A DNA stretch of 21,352 nt. Source: Pirellulales bacterium. Its GTDB lineage: Bacteria; Planctomycetota; Planctomycetia; Pirellulales; Thermoguttaceae. Under the pieces are notes generated by a model. The model was not told the origin of the DNA. It made no database searches and worked only from the letters and a program-made list of their open reading frames with translations. This document shows, one piece after another, positions 1-9,277 of the stretch (position 1 is its first letter; every line of letters starts with the position of its first letter). A program made the position numbers and the translations under genes. The stretch covers positions 1 to 21,352 of the forward strand of contig JAFGFF010000331.1 of assembly GCA_016931075.1 (NCBI GenBank). The letters are read 5' to 3'.

Positions 1-766
1 ACGACATGGTATATGTCGTCCTCGAAAACCGCGTCCATGTCCAGATCAATTCACCCAAAAAACGTCCCCAGGGCGTGAACGGTTACCTGTGTGGGATTGG
101 GGGAGTCACAAGTAATTGGTGATTGGGCGGACAATGATTCCGCAAGCAGAGGTGAATTACTCCACCATCCGTCCTCCCGTTGGTTGTCCTGGAATCATTG
201 GAATCACGACCTTTAATAGAAAGCTGGGGAGGGTGTCATGCTTCGAAATGGATGGGTATTCTGTAGCCTAATGTTGCATGGTGATTACTATTCTAGTGCA
301 TTTTGATGTAGAAGCAATGCTTTATTATCTATTGCGGAACTCGGTTGCGATATATGGAAGTCGGAATCGTGTTTGCATCGGTATCTGGAACTCGTGAATC
401 GCATTCGTCTTGTACTGCCATACGAAAAGCCCCACCCGTGGAATAGGGGAGCAGAATCCTTGCCCTTCGCGTCACCAGCGTCACCATGTTGTAAGTCCTT
501 GTAGAGCAGGAGCAAGAGCGATGACAGAACCCTGACGCCAGAAAGCATGGCGTCACAACTCGTTATGCACCAAGCCTTCAACGGCTCGTTGGATGACAGC
601 AGTGGGTCAGCAGAAAAGTGGGTACACATCTGTAAACTGTGCCCAGTATTGATATTTTGCCGAAATATTCGAGAGGAAATATGTTCAGAAGAGCCTTGTA
701 TTTCGGGATCTGAAGGGCACCCGCAAGGCATCCTCACGGCATCATAACACTTCGAAACTGAGGGTT

Positions 767-791
767 GCAGGTTCGAATCCTGCCGGGAGTG
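767..791 (+). other. tRNA-derived 3' fragment (T-arm plus 3' acceptor strand plus discriminator), not a complete tRNA gene. It may be an attR-type remnant.
   Basis: GCAGG-TTCGAAT-CCTGC is a canonical T-stem and T-loop (TTCGAAT). It is followed by the 7 nt acceptor 3' strand CGGGAGT and a discriminator G. The ~75 nt upstream contain no complementary 5' acceptor strand (ACTCCCG-like), no D-arm and no anticodon arm. The fragment sits exactly where the ~47% GC region 1..760 meets the >60% GC genes. Confidence 0.4.
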
Positions 792-924
792 CTTAACACC
801 TTCGCCTTCACGTGCTTGCGCGGACGAGATGTGCCGGGCAACACGACCGAAGAACGATCGTTTCGTGACACCCGATATCCCCCTGAGTTGGCTTACCTAT
901 GGCACACGGTAGGATGGTTTGGAG

Positions 925-1368
925 CTATCGGGATTTCAGGTGAAAATCGATCTGGTTTAGCCCGTCGGGAGTGACTTCACAGGACAAGGTGCTATTCGTG
1001 TTGTAGATGTCGGGTATGTAGCGTTGAACCTCGTCGATCATCGCGCCGCTTGCCGAGAATTCGTCCCGGACTTTACGGCCGGTCTTGCGAACGGCGATGA
1101 TGCGGACCGTCTTCTTGCCGGGCCATGCGGCGGAGTCGCCCGTGAGTTCGTACTTGCCCGCAACGATTCGTGCGCCGGTCGTCGGGCCTTGCCCATCGGC
1201 CGGTTCGAACGTGATCGTGCCCTCGTCGATGGGCTTTCCGTCGAAGGTGACCGCCCCCTGAACAGGATACCGTCCTTCGCTACAGCCTGGACAAATCGCG
1301 GCAACGACGACGGCCACTACGATGCATGGAAGCCCGCGGGCAGGGAATATCGACAAGAGGTTGCTCAT
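925..1368 (-). CDS. Small secreted or membrane-anchored protein with a carboxypeptidase-regulatory-like (transthyretin-like) beta-sandwich domain.
   Basis: The start is ATG at 1368. There is an N-terminal hydrophobic signal or anchor, MSNLLSIFPARGLPCIVVAVVVAAICPGC. The motif VQGAVTFDGKPIDEGTITF...GARIVAGKYEL matches the CarboxypepD_reg pattern. It sits directly downstream of a DUF1559 gene, which is a common Planctomycetes pairing. Confidence 0.65.
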   Translation of the reverse strand: MSNLLSIFPARGLPCIVVAVVVAAICPGCSEGRYPVQGAVTFDGKPIDEGTITFEPADGQGPTTGARIVAGKYELTGDSAAWPGKKTVRIIAVRKTGRKVRDEFSASGAMIDEVQRYIPDIYNTNSTLSCEVTPDGLNQIDFHLKSR

Positions 1369-1396
1369 GGGAGCCGTTTCCGTTTTCTCGACAAGT

Positions 1397-2401
1397 TCAG
1401 AACTCAGCGGAGTTGATTTCCCCGTCGATCGTGCGGGGCGTGCAGAGCGCCCACCACACGTCCAGCGCGACGGAATCGTCGATGAAGGTCGCGCTGCCGT
1501 CTCCCAGGAGCAAGCCGACCCCGCCGGGGTGATGGCTGCGGGCTGTTATCGTGAGAGAACGATCGTAGGGACCCGTGAACGCGCCGAGGCACGGGGCATC
1601 CATCACGCTCACGCAATATCCTGTTCGGATTTCGTCGGGTTGCTTGGTATTGGGTGTGTAGTTGTGGTGATAAAGACAGCCCTCGGGATATTGCACGGTT
1701 CCCCGCATATCTTCACCGGCGATAGGAGTGATTTCACTTACGAACGCCGTGTGGGACAGGCCGTCGGGGAAATCGGCGGCCTTCAGGTGGCTATTCAAGT
1801 AAAAAGCCCCGGCCAGTTCAGGCCCACTGACGGTGACGCTCGACCCGCCGGTCGTGATAAGACGGGTTCGCTTGACGGGCAGGTCCAAGAGTCGACACTC
1901 GGCCATCGGTCCCAGGCCGTTGTTGGCCGCGTAGGTTCCCCTCGCGTAGGATCCTTCCCCTTGGGCGTTGGGAATGACGCATCCCACGGCCTCGCTGGAC
2001 GGGCAGAGAAACGACCGCGGCGTCGTTCTGGAGACCGCCACGTTGTAGCCCGGAGTCGCGTGCGAAAAGCCGAACGGGAGATCCCAATTGATCTGCTCGG
2101 CGAGGTTGCCCTGGTCCATGTACTCCAGGATATTGGTGATCCAGGTGGACTCCCGCCCTCCCCACTCGTCCTTCGGCCAGTAGTGCCCATCGGGAAACGC
2201 TTTCTTGGCCGACTCGTGCGAATGCAGCCCCAACCCGATCTGCTTGAGGTTGTTGATGCACTGAATGCGTCGTGCGGCTTCGCGAGCCGCCTGCACCGCC
2301 GGCAGCAGCAGGGCGATCAAAATGCCGATGATCGCGATCACCACCAGGAGTTCCACAAGCGTGAATCCCACGCGAGGATCGCCCGTGGTGGTGATCGCCA
2401 T
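1397..2401 (-). CDS. DUF1559 protein with a prepilin-type N-terminal cleavage/methylation domain (type II secretion pseudopilin-like).
   Basis: The N-terminus is [49 protein letters not shown]. The C-terminus has the typical [10 protein letters not shown]...W motif. The most likely start is the ATG at 2401, which gives [19 protein letters not shown]. The six-frame ORF runs on to 2461, but that would overlap the upstream gene. Confidence 0.85.
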   Translation of the reverse strand: MAITTTGDPRVGFTLVELLVVIAIIGILIALLLPAVQAAREAARRIQCINNLKQIGLGLHSHESAKKAFPDGHYWPKDEWGGRESTWITNILEYMDQGNLAEQINWDLPFGFSHATPGYNVAVSRTTPRSFLCPSSEAVGCVIPNAQGEGSYARGTYAANNGLGPMAECRLLDLPVKRTRLITTGGSSVTVSGPELAGAFYLNSHLKAADFPDGLSHTAFVSEITPIAGEDMRGTVQYPEGCLYHHNYTPNTKQPDEIRTGYCVSVMDAPCLGAFTGPYDRSLTITARSHHPGGVGLLLGDGSATFIDDSVALDVWWALCTPRTIDGEINSAEF

Positions 2402-2423
2402 GACTCGCCGTCGGCGAGCACGC

Positions 2424-3830
2424 TTACTTCCGTTTACGCCACGCATAAGCCAACACTCCAAGTAGGCCGAAGAAGATGTGTGTCAGGGTAGCTGGTTCCG
2501 GGACTACCATGGCTATTTGCACACCGGAAAATGCCATGGTGACGCCCGTTGGCGCCAGGAAATTACCACTGATCGTGGAATCCGTGGGCGTGACAGTGAG
2601 TTTCGCGTAACTTACGCCCTCCACCCAATCCGACGGCTGGTCTTCTTCGAGCAGAAGGTCGCCGAACAGCAGGAGATCGGCGCTCGTCGGCGTCGCGCCA
2701 CTGGTCACATTGACGGTCCCCGCGCCCCCCACGGTTTCACCGTAGAAGAACAGATCGTAAGTCCTGCCGATTTCGAGTCCGTCGATTTGCCAAGCGTTCG
2801 TCGTCGTGTCACCGCCGTAAAGATGGTCGCTTTGGAGCGGATTTCCCGCGTAGGCAGCGGCCGCCGTCCATCCCGAAGCGTGGACGGCAATCCCGGTCGC
2901 CGCGCCACCGTCATCCACCGCGTCGAACACGTCGAACGCGCCGCCGACAGCAACCGGTTCGTTCCAAACGGTTCCCGCCGCGGGAATCACGCCTTTGCCC
3001 GTGTAAGATGGAAGCGGGGAAGCATCCACATTGATGTCCACGTTGACGATCTGGCTGTAGGCGGGAAGCTCGGGGGCGCCTTCAGTGATCGCGGTGGGAG
3101 CCACGCCCGCCGCCAGTTGGGCAATCGCTCCAGGCGACAAGTTCGTATTCCAAATGGCCATGTCGTCCACGCGGCCATGGAAGGTAGCTCCGTATTGGCT
3201 CTTTCCCAGAAGCAGGTTGACGCCCGTGAAATCGAAATTATGGAAGTTTTTCGCGTCAACGAGTTGACCGTTGAGGTACATATAGGCAAGAGAGCCCGTG
3301 CTCGTGATCGCCAAGTGTTGCCAGGCGTCCAAGCTTATCGGCGCGGTCAGTGACAGCCCCCCAGCACTACCGTCCCAAGAGTAGATGTTAGTCGAGGTGG
3401 CCACCATGCCTGAGCGATAATTATTGTAGGAGCTTCCGGTGACGCTTTGGGGCGAGAGCAACCGCTTGTCATTTGGGTTCCCGCCTGTGATGGCCTTGAA
3501 CCAAACGGATATGGTCAGGGAGTTAGGGGTACTCGCGGCGTCATTGGCCAGAAGCTGCGTATCGCCGAAGTTGACGTACTGACCAGCGGAGGCAGAGTAG
3601 GCCAGGTGAACCGATCCGGTCGAGTGGGCAAGGCCGGGCGTGTCGGTGTTCCAGGTGGCGCCGTTGATCAGCGCGCCGTCGTTGCCGGACTGCGTTCCCG
3701 TATTGGCGGCCGTGGCGCCCGATGTTTCATCAAACTCCCAATACAGGACCAATTCCGCGTGGGCAGGCGTTGCAAGGATCGAGAAAACGATCACGAATAC
3801 CAACCCCATCATCGTGGTGACAAATCTCAT
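2424..3830 (-). CDS. PEP-CTERM-anchored secreted protein with a LamG/concanavalin-A-like lectin domain.
   Basis: There is a signal peptide [25 protein letters not shown] and a GAAGGAG ribosome-binding site 7 nt upstream of the ATG at 3830. LamG-like motifs are present ([16 protein letters not shown]). The C-terminus is [26 protein letters not shown], which is the PEP-CTERM sorting signal. Confidence 0.85.
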   Translation of the reverse strand: MRFVTTMMGLVFVIVFSILATPAHAELVLYWEFDETSGATAANTGTQSGNDGALINGATWNTDTPGLAHSTGSVHLAYSASAGQYVNFGDTQLLANDAASTPNSLTISVWFKAITGGNPNDKRLLSPQSVTGSSYNNYRSGMVATSTNIYSWDGSAGGLSLTAPISLDAWQHLAITSTGSLAYMYLNGQLVDAKNFHNFDFTGVNLLLGKSQYGATFHGRVDDMAIWNTNLSPGAIAQLAAGVAPTAITEGAPELPAYSQIVNVDINVDASPLPSYTGKGVIPAAGTVWNEPVAVGGAFDVFDAVDDGGAATGIAVHASGWTAAAAYAGNPLQSDHLYGGDTTTNAWQIDGLEIGRTYDLFFYGETVGGAGTVNVTSGATPTSADLLLFGDLLLEEDQPSDWVEGVSYAKLTVTPTDSTISGNFLAPTGVTMAFSGVQIAMVVPEPATLTHIFFGLLGVLAYAWRKRK

Positions 3831-3966
3831 GAAAATACTCCTTCAACGTAAGAGTGTGACTCTCTCTACGAACAAGTTTTTGGAAACATCAATACCTTCG
3901 TGCCACTTCATCTTGTTCCAGCCACGATTTCGGCCGCGAGAACCACCTACACACACCAGTCGCGCT

Positions 3967-5424
3967 TTATGCATGGCTCCGTCTTCGCCATGCGGAAGCC
4001 AATAGTCCAAAGAGACCAATTCCGAAAATTTGCGCAAGGGTAGCCGGTTCCGGGACGGCGGAATAGCTCACGCTTGCGGCGTCAAAAAAAACCGCGTTGG
4101 CGCCCATGGCGGCCAGGTCGAGATACAGGTGTTTTCCGATCGCCGGGTTGTCGGGCTCGACGATCCAATCCAGCCCGACGTCGGTCCATTTCCCCTGGAC
4201 GAGTCCGGGGTCCGTCGTCGACGAATCCGCATCGGCCCAGGCCAAATCCACGCTCGAGGCGACCGTGCTGTCCGCCGTCATGAATCCGGCCTGAAAGGTT
4301 CCCACGGTGGCGGTGCCCTTTGGGATCGCCACGCTCAAGGAAAGATGATAGGTCCCTGCCCGAACGGTCGTTCCGAGATACTGATATATCGAGGCGTTGT
4401 TGGCGATAGCCATTTGATCGCCGTCGGGCATCGGATCGTCGAGTAACGCGTCATAGGTTGCGGCCGTCAATCGAGCTGCGCTCAACGACGATCCAACGGT
4501 CGTCCACCCATCAACCGTGCTCGTCGAGGAGCCGGGGCTCAGCGTCTGGTACTCGAACGAGGTGTTGATCGTGATCGGATGCAGGTCCGTATCAATGCCC
4601 TTGGCGTTTTGAATGACGTATTCCAGCGCCACGGCCGTGTCGACGTAATTGGTGCTGTGAGGACCATCGGGGCGATGGAAAACGGCCGTCTTCGGATTTT
4701 GCGGATTCGTGTTCTTCACTGTATCGGCCAATTGGAGAACGCTCTGAGGCGGCACGATCGTGTCCTGTCCGCCCGCCGCGATCGAAAGAGGCATGGTGAA
4801 TGATCCCGGAGCGTTGCTCGCGCTGCGGCTTTCCCAGACCTCGGGAACCGCCGCGTAGGTTCCTCCGAACGCGGCTTCAATGGCCGGCAGAATCGACGGA
4901 TAGCTGCTCTGGTAACCGACGAAATTGGCCAGCCCATTAAGACTGCAAGCGCCGTCTACCAGATCGGGGTGAAGAGCCGTCAGGGACAGCGTGCCCGCGC
5001 CGCCCATCGACGCGCCGGTGACGATCGTCTTGCCGATGTTGTACTGGCTCTTGAGGTCTTGGATGATCTGGACCATGTCAGCTTCGGCGACGGGCGACAT
5101 CCACGAGGTGGTCGCCCGATAGTCGGGGCAGATCATGATCATGTTGTTGTTCGCCGCCGCGTCGCGGATGGCCCTGCATTCGTCGCGCGTCGCGGTGGCG
5201 TATTGCCATCGGTCGGACCCGTGCCCATGGAGCGCGATCATGAGATCGTATTGCTGTGCGGGATTGAAATCCGCGGGCAGAAACCTCACATAACGCTGGG
5301 TGGACCCGTCGTACGTGGCCGTGAAACTCACATCCGTCGCCGGCCCCAGGTCGAGGGCGAGAAGCTTCGGGGTCAACGCCACGGATGCAACAACAACCAT
5401 GGCTAGAGTGAGCAAGGAACGCAT
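3967..5424 (-). CDS. PEP-CTERM-anchored alpha/beta hydrolase (esterase/peptidase-type).
   Basis: GASMGG forms a GxSxG nucleophile elbow, and an HGHGSD motif is present. The C-terminus is AVPEPATLAQIFGIGLFGLLASAWRRR. The likely start is the ATG at 5424 (MRSLLTLAMVVVASVALT, a signal peptide), preceded by AGGAGA. The six-frame ORF extends to 5583, but that N-terminal stretch has no signal character. Confidence 0.8.
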   Translation of the reverse strand: MRSLLTLAMVVVASVALTPKLLALDLGPATDVSFTATYDGSTQRYVRFLPADFNPAQQYDLMIALHGHGSDRWQYATATRDECRAIRDAAANNNMIMICPDYRATTSWMSPVAEADMVQIIQDLKSQYNIGKTIVTGASMGGAGTLSLTALHPDLVDGACSLNGLANFVGYQSSYPSILPAIEAAFGGTYAAVPEVWESRSASNAPGSFTMPLSIAAGGQDTIVPPQSVLQLADTVKNTNPQNPKTAVFHRPDGPHSTNYVDTAVALEYVIQNAKGIDTDLHPITINTSFEYQTLSPGSSTSTVDGWTTVGSSLSAARLTAATYDALLDDPMPDGDQMAIANNASIYQYLGTTVRAGTYHLSLSVAIPKGTATVGTFQAGFMTADSTVASSVDLAWADADSSTTDPGLVQGKWTDVGLDWIVEPDNPAIGKHLYLDLAAMGANAVFFDAASVSYSAVPEPATLAQIFGIGLFGLLASAWRRRSHA

Positions 5425-5595
5425 GATATCTCCTGATGCATGAGCGGCGTTGTCGTGTCTCTCGCAACGAGTGAATGCTGCACTCTTGATAGTTGCCAGG
5501 ATGCGGAATCCTATGTTCAAGGGATCGAACTGGCGGGCGTGATGCAACGACCGTTGGGCACGCCCGCCGTGTTCGCGACTCACCTCACTCGCTAG

Positions 5596-6294
5596 CTACC
5601 GATTCCGAAGAATCATGAAGCTCCCTAGTGCCAGCGTGATCAGCATGACGATCGTGGACGGCTCGGGCACCGGTTGTGCTTGAAGGACGACTCCGTCAAA
5701 CGTCCCCACGGCGCTCCCTTGTCCGTTCGTGGCCGTGTCATTGAAGTAGAGCGTCAGTTCGCCACTGCCGTCGGCGAACACCGTGCTCGAACCCGGCGCA
5801 GCCCAGACTTTCCAGGTCGAGTTGGCTCCAATAAGCACAGCGCCTGGCGCGGCCTGAATATTGAGCCATGTGTCGATCGAGACTCCTGGGACGATGCCCC
5901 AACGGAAGCCCATGGCCTGAGTATCCTGGTCCAATGCGAGTCCCCACACTTGGTACTCGCCATTGGGAACAAGACCCTCAACCACCAACTGGATCTCGAC
6001 GGGCTCGGTCGTGCCGGCGGCTTCACTGTGGCAATCGCCATAACCGTCGGCATCGCCGTCGACCATCAGCGGATCCAGAACTGGTACCGCGTTTTCTTTT
6101 ATGGGGTATAACCATTGACCGGTGGTCGTGCCGGTCAGCCCGTTGCGGGTGTAGGTGTCCCACACGTCGATGTAGGTCCCTCCACCGACGAGCGTTTCCA
6201 CCGTAGAGGGATCCAGGGGCCCAGCCTGGACCGTTCCCATGACACCAGCGGCAAGCACTACCAGCGCCAAGGCAAAATGTTTCCACGTCATCAT
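5596..6294 (-). CDS. Small PEP-CTERM-anchored secreted protein of unknown function.
   Basis: There is a signal peptide MMTWKHFALALVVLAAGVMGTVQA and a GAAGGAG ribosome-binding site before ATGATG. The C-terminus is PVPEPSTIVMLITLALGSFMILRNR. Confidence 0.8.
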   Translation of the reverse strand: MMTWKHFALALVVLAAGVMGTVQAGPLDPSTVETLVGGGTYIDVWDTYTRNGLTGTTTGQWLYPIKENAVPVLDPLMVDGDADGYGDCHSEAAGTTEPVEIQLVVEGLVPNGEYQVWGLALDQDTQAMGFRWGIVPGVSIDTWLNIQAAPGAVLIGANSTWKVWAAPGSSTVFADGSGELTLYFNDTATNGQGSAVGTFDGVVLQAQPVPEPSTIVMLITLALGSFMILRNR

Positions 6295-6682
6295 AGTACT
6301 CCTTCATAAACGGATACAAGGGTGTGAACTCTCAGGACCTCTTCGTCCCGGATGCCTTCTTTCTTTTCCGTGGGCGGCGATCGTGATCCATCGCTGCCGG
6401 CCACGCTGTCTTTTCGCGTCGGGGCGAGTCCCGATCCGTGGTGCTCCTCTTCCGTGGCGATGTCACCAGGGCGCTATTGCTCCTTGCCAGCCTCAATCAT
6501 TCTGGGCACCGGAGCGGTTTGTATCGATTAGACGCACGGAGAAGACTTGCCACTCGCTCCCCGCACCCGGCAATCCACATCTTCAAACTAGTTGGAGTCG
6601 TTGCCCACGTCCATGAAAGCCCATGCCCTTATGTGTGGATATGCGGCATTAATGGCTGGAAATGCGCACGCCGATGACCGGG

Positions 6683-7846
6683 TCAACCCTGTTTGCCCAG
6701 CCGGTTCTCGTGGCGGTATTGGCGGGGAGAGACGCCGGTCAAGCGGCGAAAGACGGTGGCGAACAGTTGAGGGCTGGAGAAGCCCGTCTGGTGCGCCACC
6801 TCGGCCACTTGCAGATTGCCGCCGAGCAATTCCTGAGCCCGTTCGATGCGGGCCCGGTGGATCTCCTGCAGCACCGTGCGTCCCAAGAGTTCACGGAATT
6901 TTTTCTCCAAAGCCCGGCGAGAGACGACCAGCTCTTCCGTGAGCATGTTGACGTTCAGCGGTTTATCGAGATGATTGCGGATGTAGAGCAACGCGCCCGA
7001 CACGACCGGATCGTCGACCGCGAACATGCTGGTCGACTGGCGCGTCACGACCCGAGTCGGCGGCAAGGTGAGCATTCTTTTGGGCGCCTTGCGGCCGGCC
7101 ATCATGCGCTCCAGCAATTTGGCCGCCTCGAAACCGATCCGTTCGGCGGGTATCGCCACGCTCGACAACGGCGGGGAGGCCAGGAGGCACTCGACCTCGT
7201 CATTGTCCACGCCCAGAATGGCCACGTCGTTGGGCACACGCAAGTCGAGCAATTGACACATGTTGGCCAGATCGCGACCGGGAACGTCGTGATCCGCCAA
7301 CACGGCCGCCGGTTTGGGCAGACTCTTCAGCCATCTTCGCACTTCCGAATTGACGTTCTTCCAGCTCGCCTTTTCCGGAAGACGCGGCAGATACTCCATG
7401 TGGCAGGAGTGAACCACGAAACCAGCGTCTTCGACGGTTCGGCGGAAGCTTTCATGGCGCAACAGGGCATACCGTGCCCGGCCGCTTCCGAAAAAGCCGA
7501 AATGCCGATAACCACGCGCGAGAAAATGCTCCGCGGCCAGGCGTCCCACCGCGACGTGATCGACGTCGGCCACCGGGACGTCCAAGTTGTCCAGCACGCA
7601 CGCCGTGTCGATCGTCGGCTTCTTAAGCGTCAGAATCATGCGAGCGAGTTTCGGATCGTCCAGGTGGGCGATGATTCCGTGGGGGTTCCATTCGGCCAGC
7701 GGCCGGAACGACGCTTGAGTGAGCGGCGCATTGTGAAACACCCAACGCTTCGAATGGCCCGCGTAGGCGCGAATCCCCAACAGGACCTGCCGATGGAAAC
7801 CGGCGTCCTGGCTCATCAGCAGTGCAATGCGTCGTGGCCTGCGCAT
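6683..7846 (-). CDS. XylR-type transcriptional regulator: a LacI-type periplasmic-binding-protein-like sugar-binding domain fused to a C-terminal AraC-family HTH.
   Basis: The N-terminal part (RIALLMSQDAGFHRQVLLGIRAYA...) resembles a LacI/PBP sugar-binding domain. The C-terminus carries an AraC HTH (LNVNMLTEELVVSRRALEKKFRELLGRTV...FSSPQLFATVFRRLTGVSPRQYR). The likely start is the ATG at 7846 (MRRPRRIALLM). The six-frame ORF extends to 7981. Confidence 0.8.
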   Translation of the reverse strand: MRRPRRIALLMSQDAGFHRQVLLGIRAYAGHSKRWVFHNAPLTQASFRPLAEWNPHGIIAHLDDPKLARMILTLKKPTIDTACVLDNLDVPVADVDHVAVGRLAAEHFLARGYRHFGFFGSGRARYALLRHESFRRTVEDAGFVVHSCHMEYLPRLPEKASWKNVNSEVRRWLKSLPKPAAVLADHDVPGRDLANMCQLLDLRVPNDVAILGVDNDEVECLLASPPLSSVAIPAERIGFEAAKLLERMMAGRKAPKRMLTLPPTRVVTRQSTSMFAVDDPVVSGALLYIRNHLDKPLNVNMLTEELVVSRRALEKKFRELLGRTVLQEIHRARIERAQELLGGNLQVAEVAHQTGFSSPQLFATVFRRLTGVSPRQYRHENRLGKQG

Positions 7847-7957
7847 GTCCGAGGTTCGCGAAATCGTAGAGACCGGCCGACAGTAACCCTGCTTGGCCGA
7901 GACGCCTTTTATTGTAATTGGAGTCACGGCCGTCCGTCCACCACAATCGGGGGGCGA

Positions 7958-8166
7958 GGATTCTCGGGGTGCATTCCGCACTTTGCACTATGGAGAACGT
8001 TATTCATCGGAACACCTACTGGGCCGAAGGCCCTGCGGTTCTCCCAGCCCAGGGCGGTGCCCTGGGCTGGGAGAACGGCTGCCCCTTCGGGGCGTTGTCT
8101 GGCCCGAAGGGAGACGGAATGCCAAGCAAGCACGATAGTAAAGTGCGGAATACACCCGGATTCTCG
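7958..8166. mobile_element. MITE-like non-autonomous element: 191 bp, 18 bp terminal inverted repeats, perfect 9 bp target-site duplication.
   Basis: The direct repeat GGATTCTCG occurs at 7958..7966 and again at 8158..8166. Immediately inside it are the inverted repeats GGGTGCATTCCGCACTTT (7967..7984) and AAAGTGCGGAATACACCC (8140..8157), which match at 17 of 18 positions as inverted complements. The interior contains a perfect 18 bp stem, GTTCTCCCAGCCCAGGGC / GCCCTGGGCTGGGAGAAC (8038..8055 and 8059..8076, with a 3 nt loop). It also contains several small GC hairpins with GAAG or TTCG loops. It has no coding capacity. Confidence 0.6.
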
Positions 8167-8268
8167 CATGACGCCGTGGGAATCACCGTCCGTATCGCTC
8201 GATGCCACCAGATTCAAACGAACGTCCCCATTCAGATGAGCATGGCCCCGTCCCGCTAAGGTTCCGTT

Positions 8269-8427
8269 AAAGAACAACTTACCGAATTGAGGGCATCAGC
8301 GTCACGGTAGGGAACGCCCTCCGTGGCGTTCCGTAGACTGCGAGAAATGGGCCAAACTCGCGGTTCACGGAACGCCATGGAGGGCGTTCCCTACAGAGTA
8401 AAGTCGGTAAGTTATTCCTTGACAGCG
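8269..8427. repeat. Copy A of a ~158 bp long imperfect-palindromic intergenic repeat (MITE-like, comparable to enterobacterial ERIC repeats).
   Basis: It is ~80% identical to copy B at 10773..10930. The internal 26 nt arms GTAGGGAACGCCCTCCGTGGCGTTCC (8307..8332) and GGAACGCCATGGAGGGCGTTCCCTAC (8369..8394) are inverted complements. The outer ends are also inverted (AACTTACCGA against TCGGTAAGTT), so the whole unit folds into one long hairpin. It ends 1 nt from the stop codon of the gene at 8429..9247. Confidence 0.6.
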
Positions 8428-8428
8428 A

Positions 8429-9247
8429 CTAAGCCGAGAGATACTCAATCGTCTGGCGCAACGAGGCGTCGTGGTCGGCCATCTTCGGAAAATATTCCAG
8501 GCCGAAAGTGCTGTTGTAGCCGAGCGATTCGAGGGCACGGAGGATTTCAGGGTAGTTCAGCTCCGAGCCAAAGAGCTCTCCTCGCCCCGGCACGCCGGCC
8601 GCGTGAAAATGTCCGATCCAAGGCAGGAGCCGTTCGATCGTGGCCAGGACGTTGCCCTCCATGATCTGCATGTGATAGACGTCATAAAGGATCTTCAGCC
8701 GAGGATGGTTGATCGCGCGGACGATTTCCAACGCTTCGCCGGAGGAACCGAGATAGTAGCCTGGATGATCGACCAGGGTGTTCAGCGGTTCGAGCAGCAG
8801 GGTGAAATCTTCCCGATCGGCGATTCCGGCGGCTTCGGCCAGCGCCCTTTCGAGGTTCGATCGCATCTCGGATCGCGATAGGGCCGGATCGACCGTGCCC
8901 GAAAGTGTGATCCCCTTGCCGCAGCCGGCTGCCTTGGCGAACTCGATCATCTTTCGGACTTGAGCGAGGTACGGCTCTCGATCCTCGGCTTTGACAGGCG
9001 AGCCGCCGATCGAACCGTCCCAGGCGTGCAGGGCGAAGTCATTGAGCGCGACACCATGTTGGCGACAGGCTTGCCTCAAGGCGTCGGCGTCCTTGGCCTG
9101 GTCGAAATCGATTTGTTCGCCGTCAAATGTACCTTCCGGGTGCCAGAACTCGACGGCCTGATAGCCGGCCGCCGCGATTCGCTCAATCCGTTTTTCGACC
9201 GGCAGGTCGGTGAAGACGGTTTCCAGGCATACGCTCAACGTAATCAT
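8429..9247 (-). CDS. Sugar phosphate isomerase/epimerase, xylose-isomerase-like TIM barrel (Hyi/hydroxypyruvate-isomerase-like).
   Basis: The 272 aa length is typical. Characteristic features include AGYQAVEF, LEPLN and conserved His/Glu/Asp metal-site context. The start is the ATG at 9247, with GGAG upstream. Confidence 0.75.
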   Translation of the reverse strand: MITLSVCLETVFTDLPVEKRIERIAAAGYQAVEFWHPEGTFDGEQIDFDQAKDADALRQACRQHGVALNDFALHAWDGSIGGSPVKAEDREPYLAQVRKMIEFAKAAGCGKGITLSGTVDPALSRSEMRSNLERALAEAAGIADREDFTLLLEPLNTLVDHPGYYLGSSGEALEIVRAINHPRLKILYDVYHMQIMEGNVLATIERLLPWIGHFHAAGVPGRGELFGSELNYPEILRALESLGYNSTFGLEYFPKMADHDASLRQTIEYLSA

Positions 9248-9277
9248 TGGTTATTGCTCCATACTATTAACGCCCAC

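Noticed and set aside
420-791. The possibility that 767..791 is the 3' end of a tmRNA (ssrA) gene that occupies the low-GC region.
   Set aside because: A tmRNA needs a 5' acceptor strand that pairs with CGGGAGT, including a G3:U70 wobble. Position 70 here is A, and the ~400 nt upstream contain neither a complementary GCTCCCG-like or ACTCCCG-like 5' end nor a recognisable tag-peptide reading frame ending in ..AA-stop.
288-974. ORFs 288..737(-), 329..556(-), 547..747(+) and 765..974(+) in the low-GC left end.
   Set aside because: They have no ribosome-binding sites and no domain-like sequence. They overlap one another and the tRNA fragment. Their composition (C/S/H-rich) looks non-coding. I treat the region as non-coding foreign or remnant DNA.
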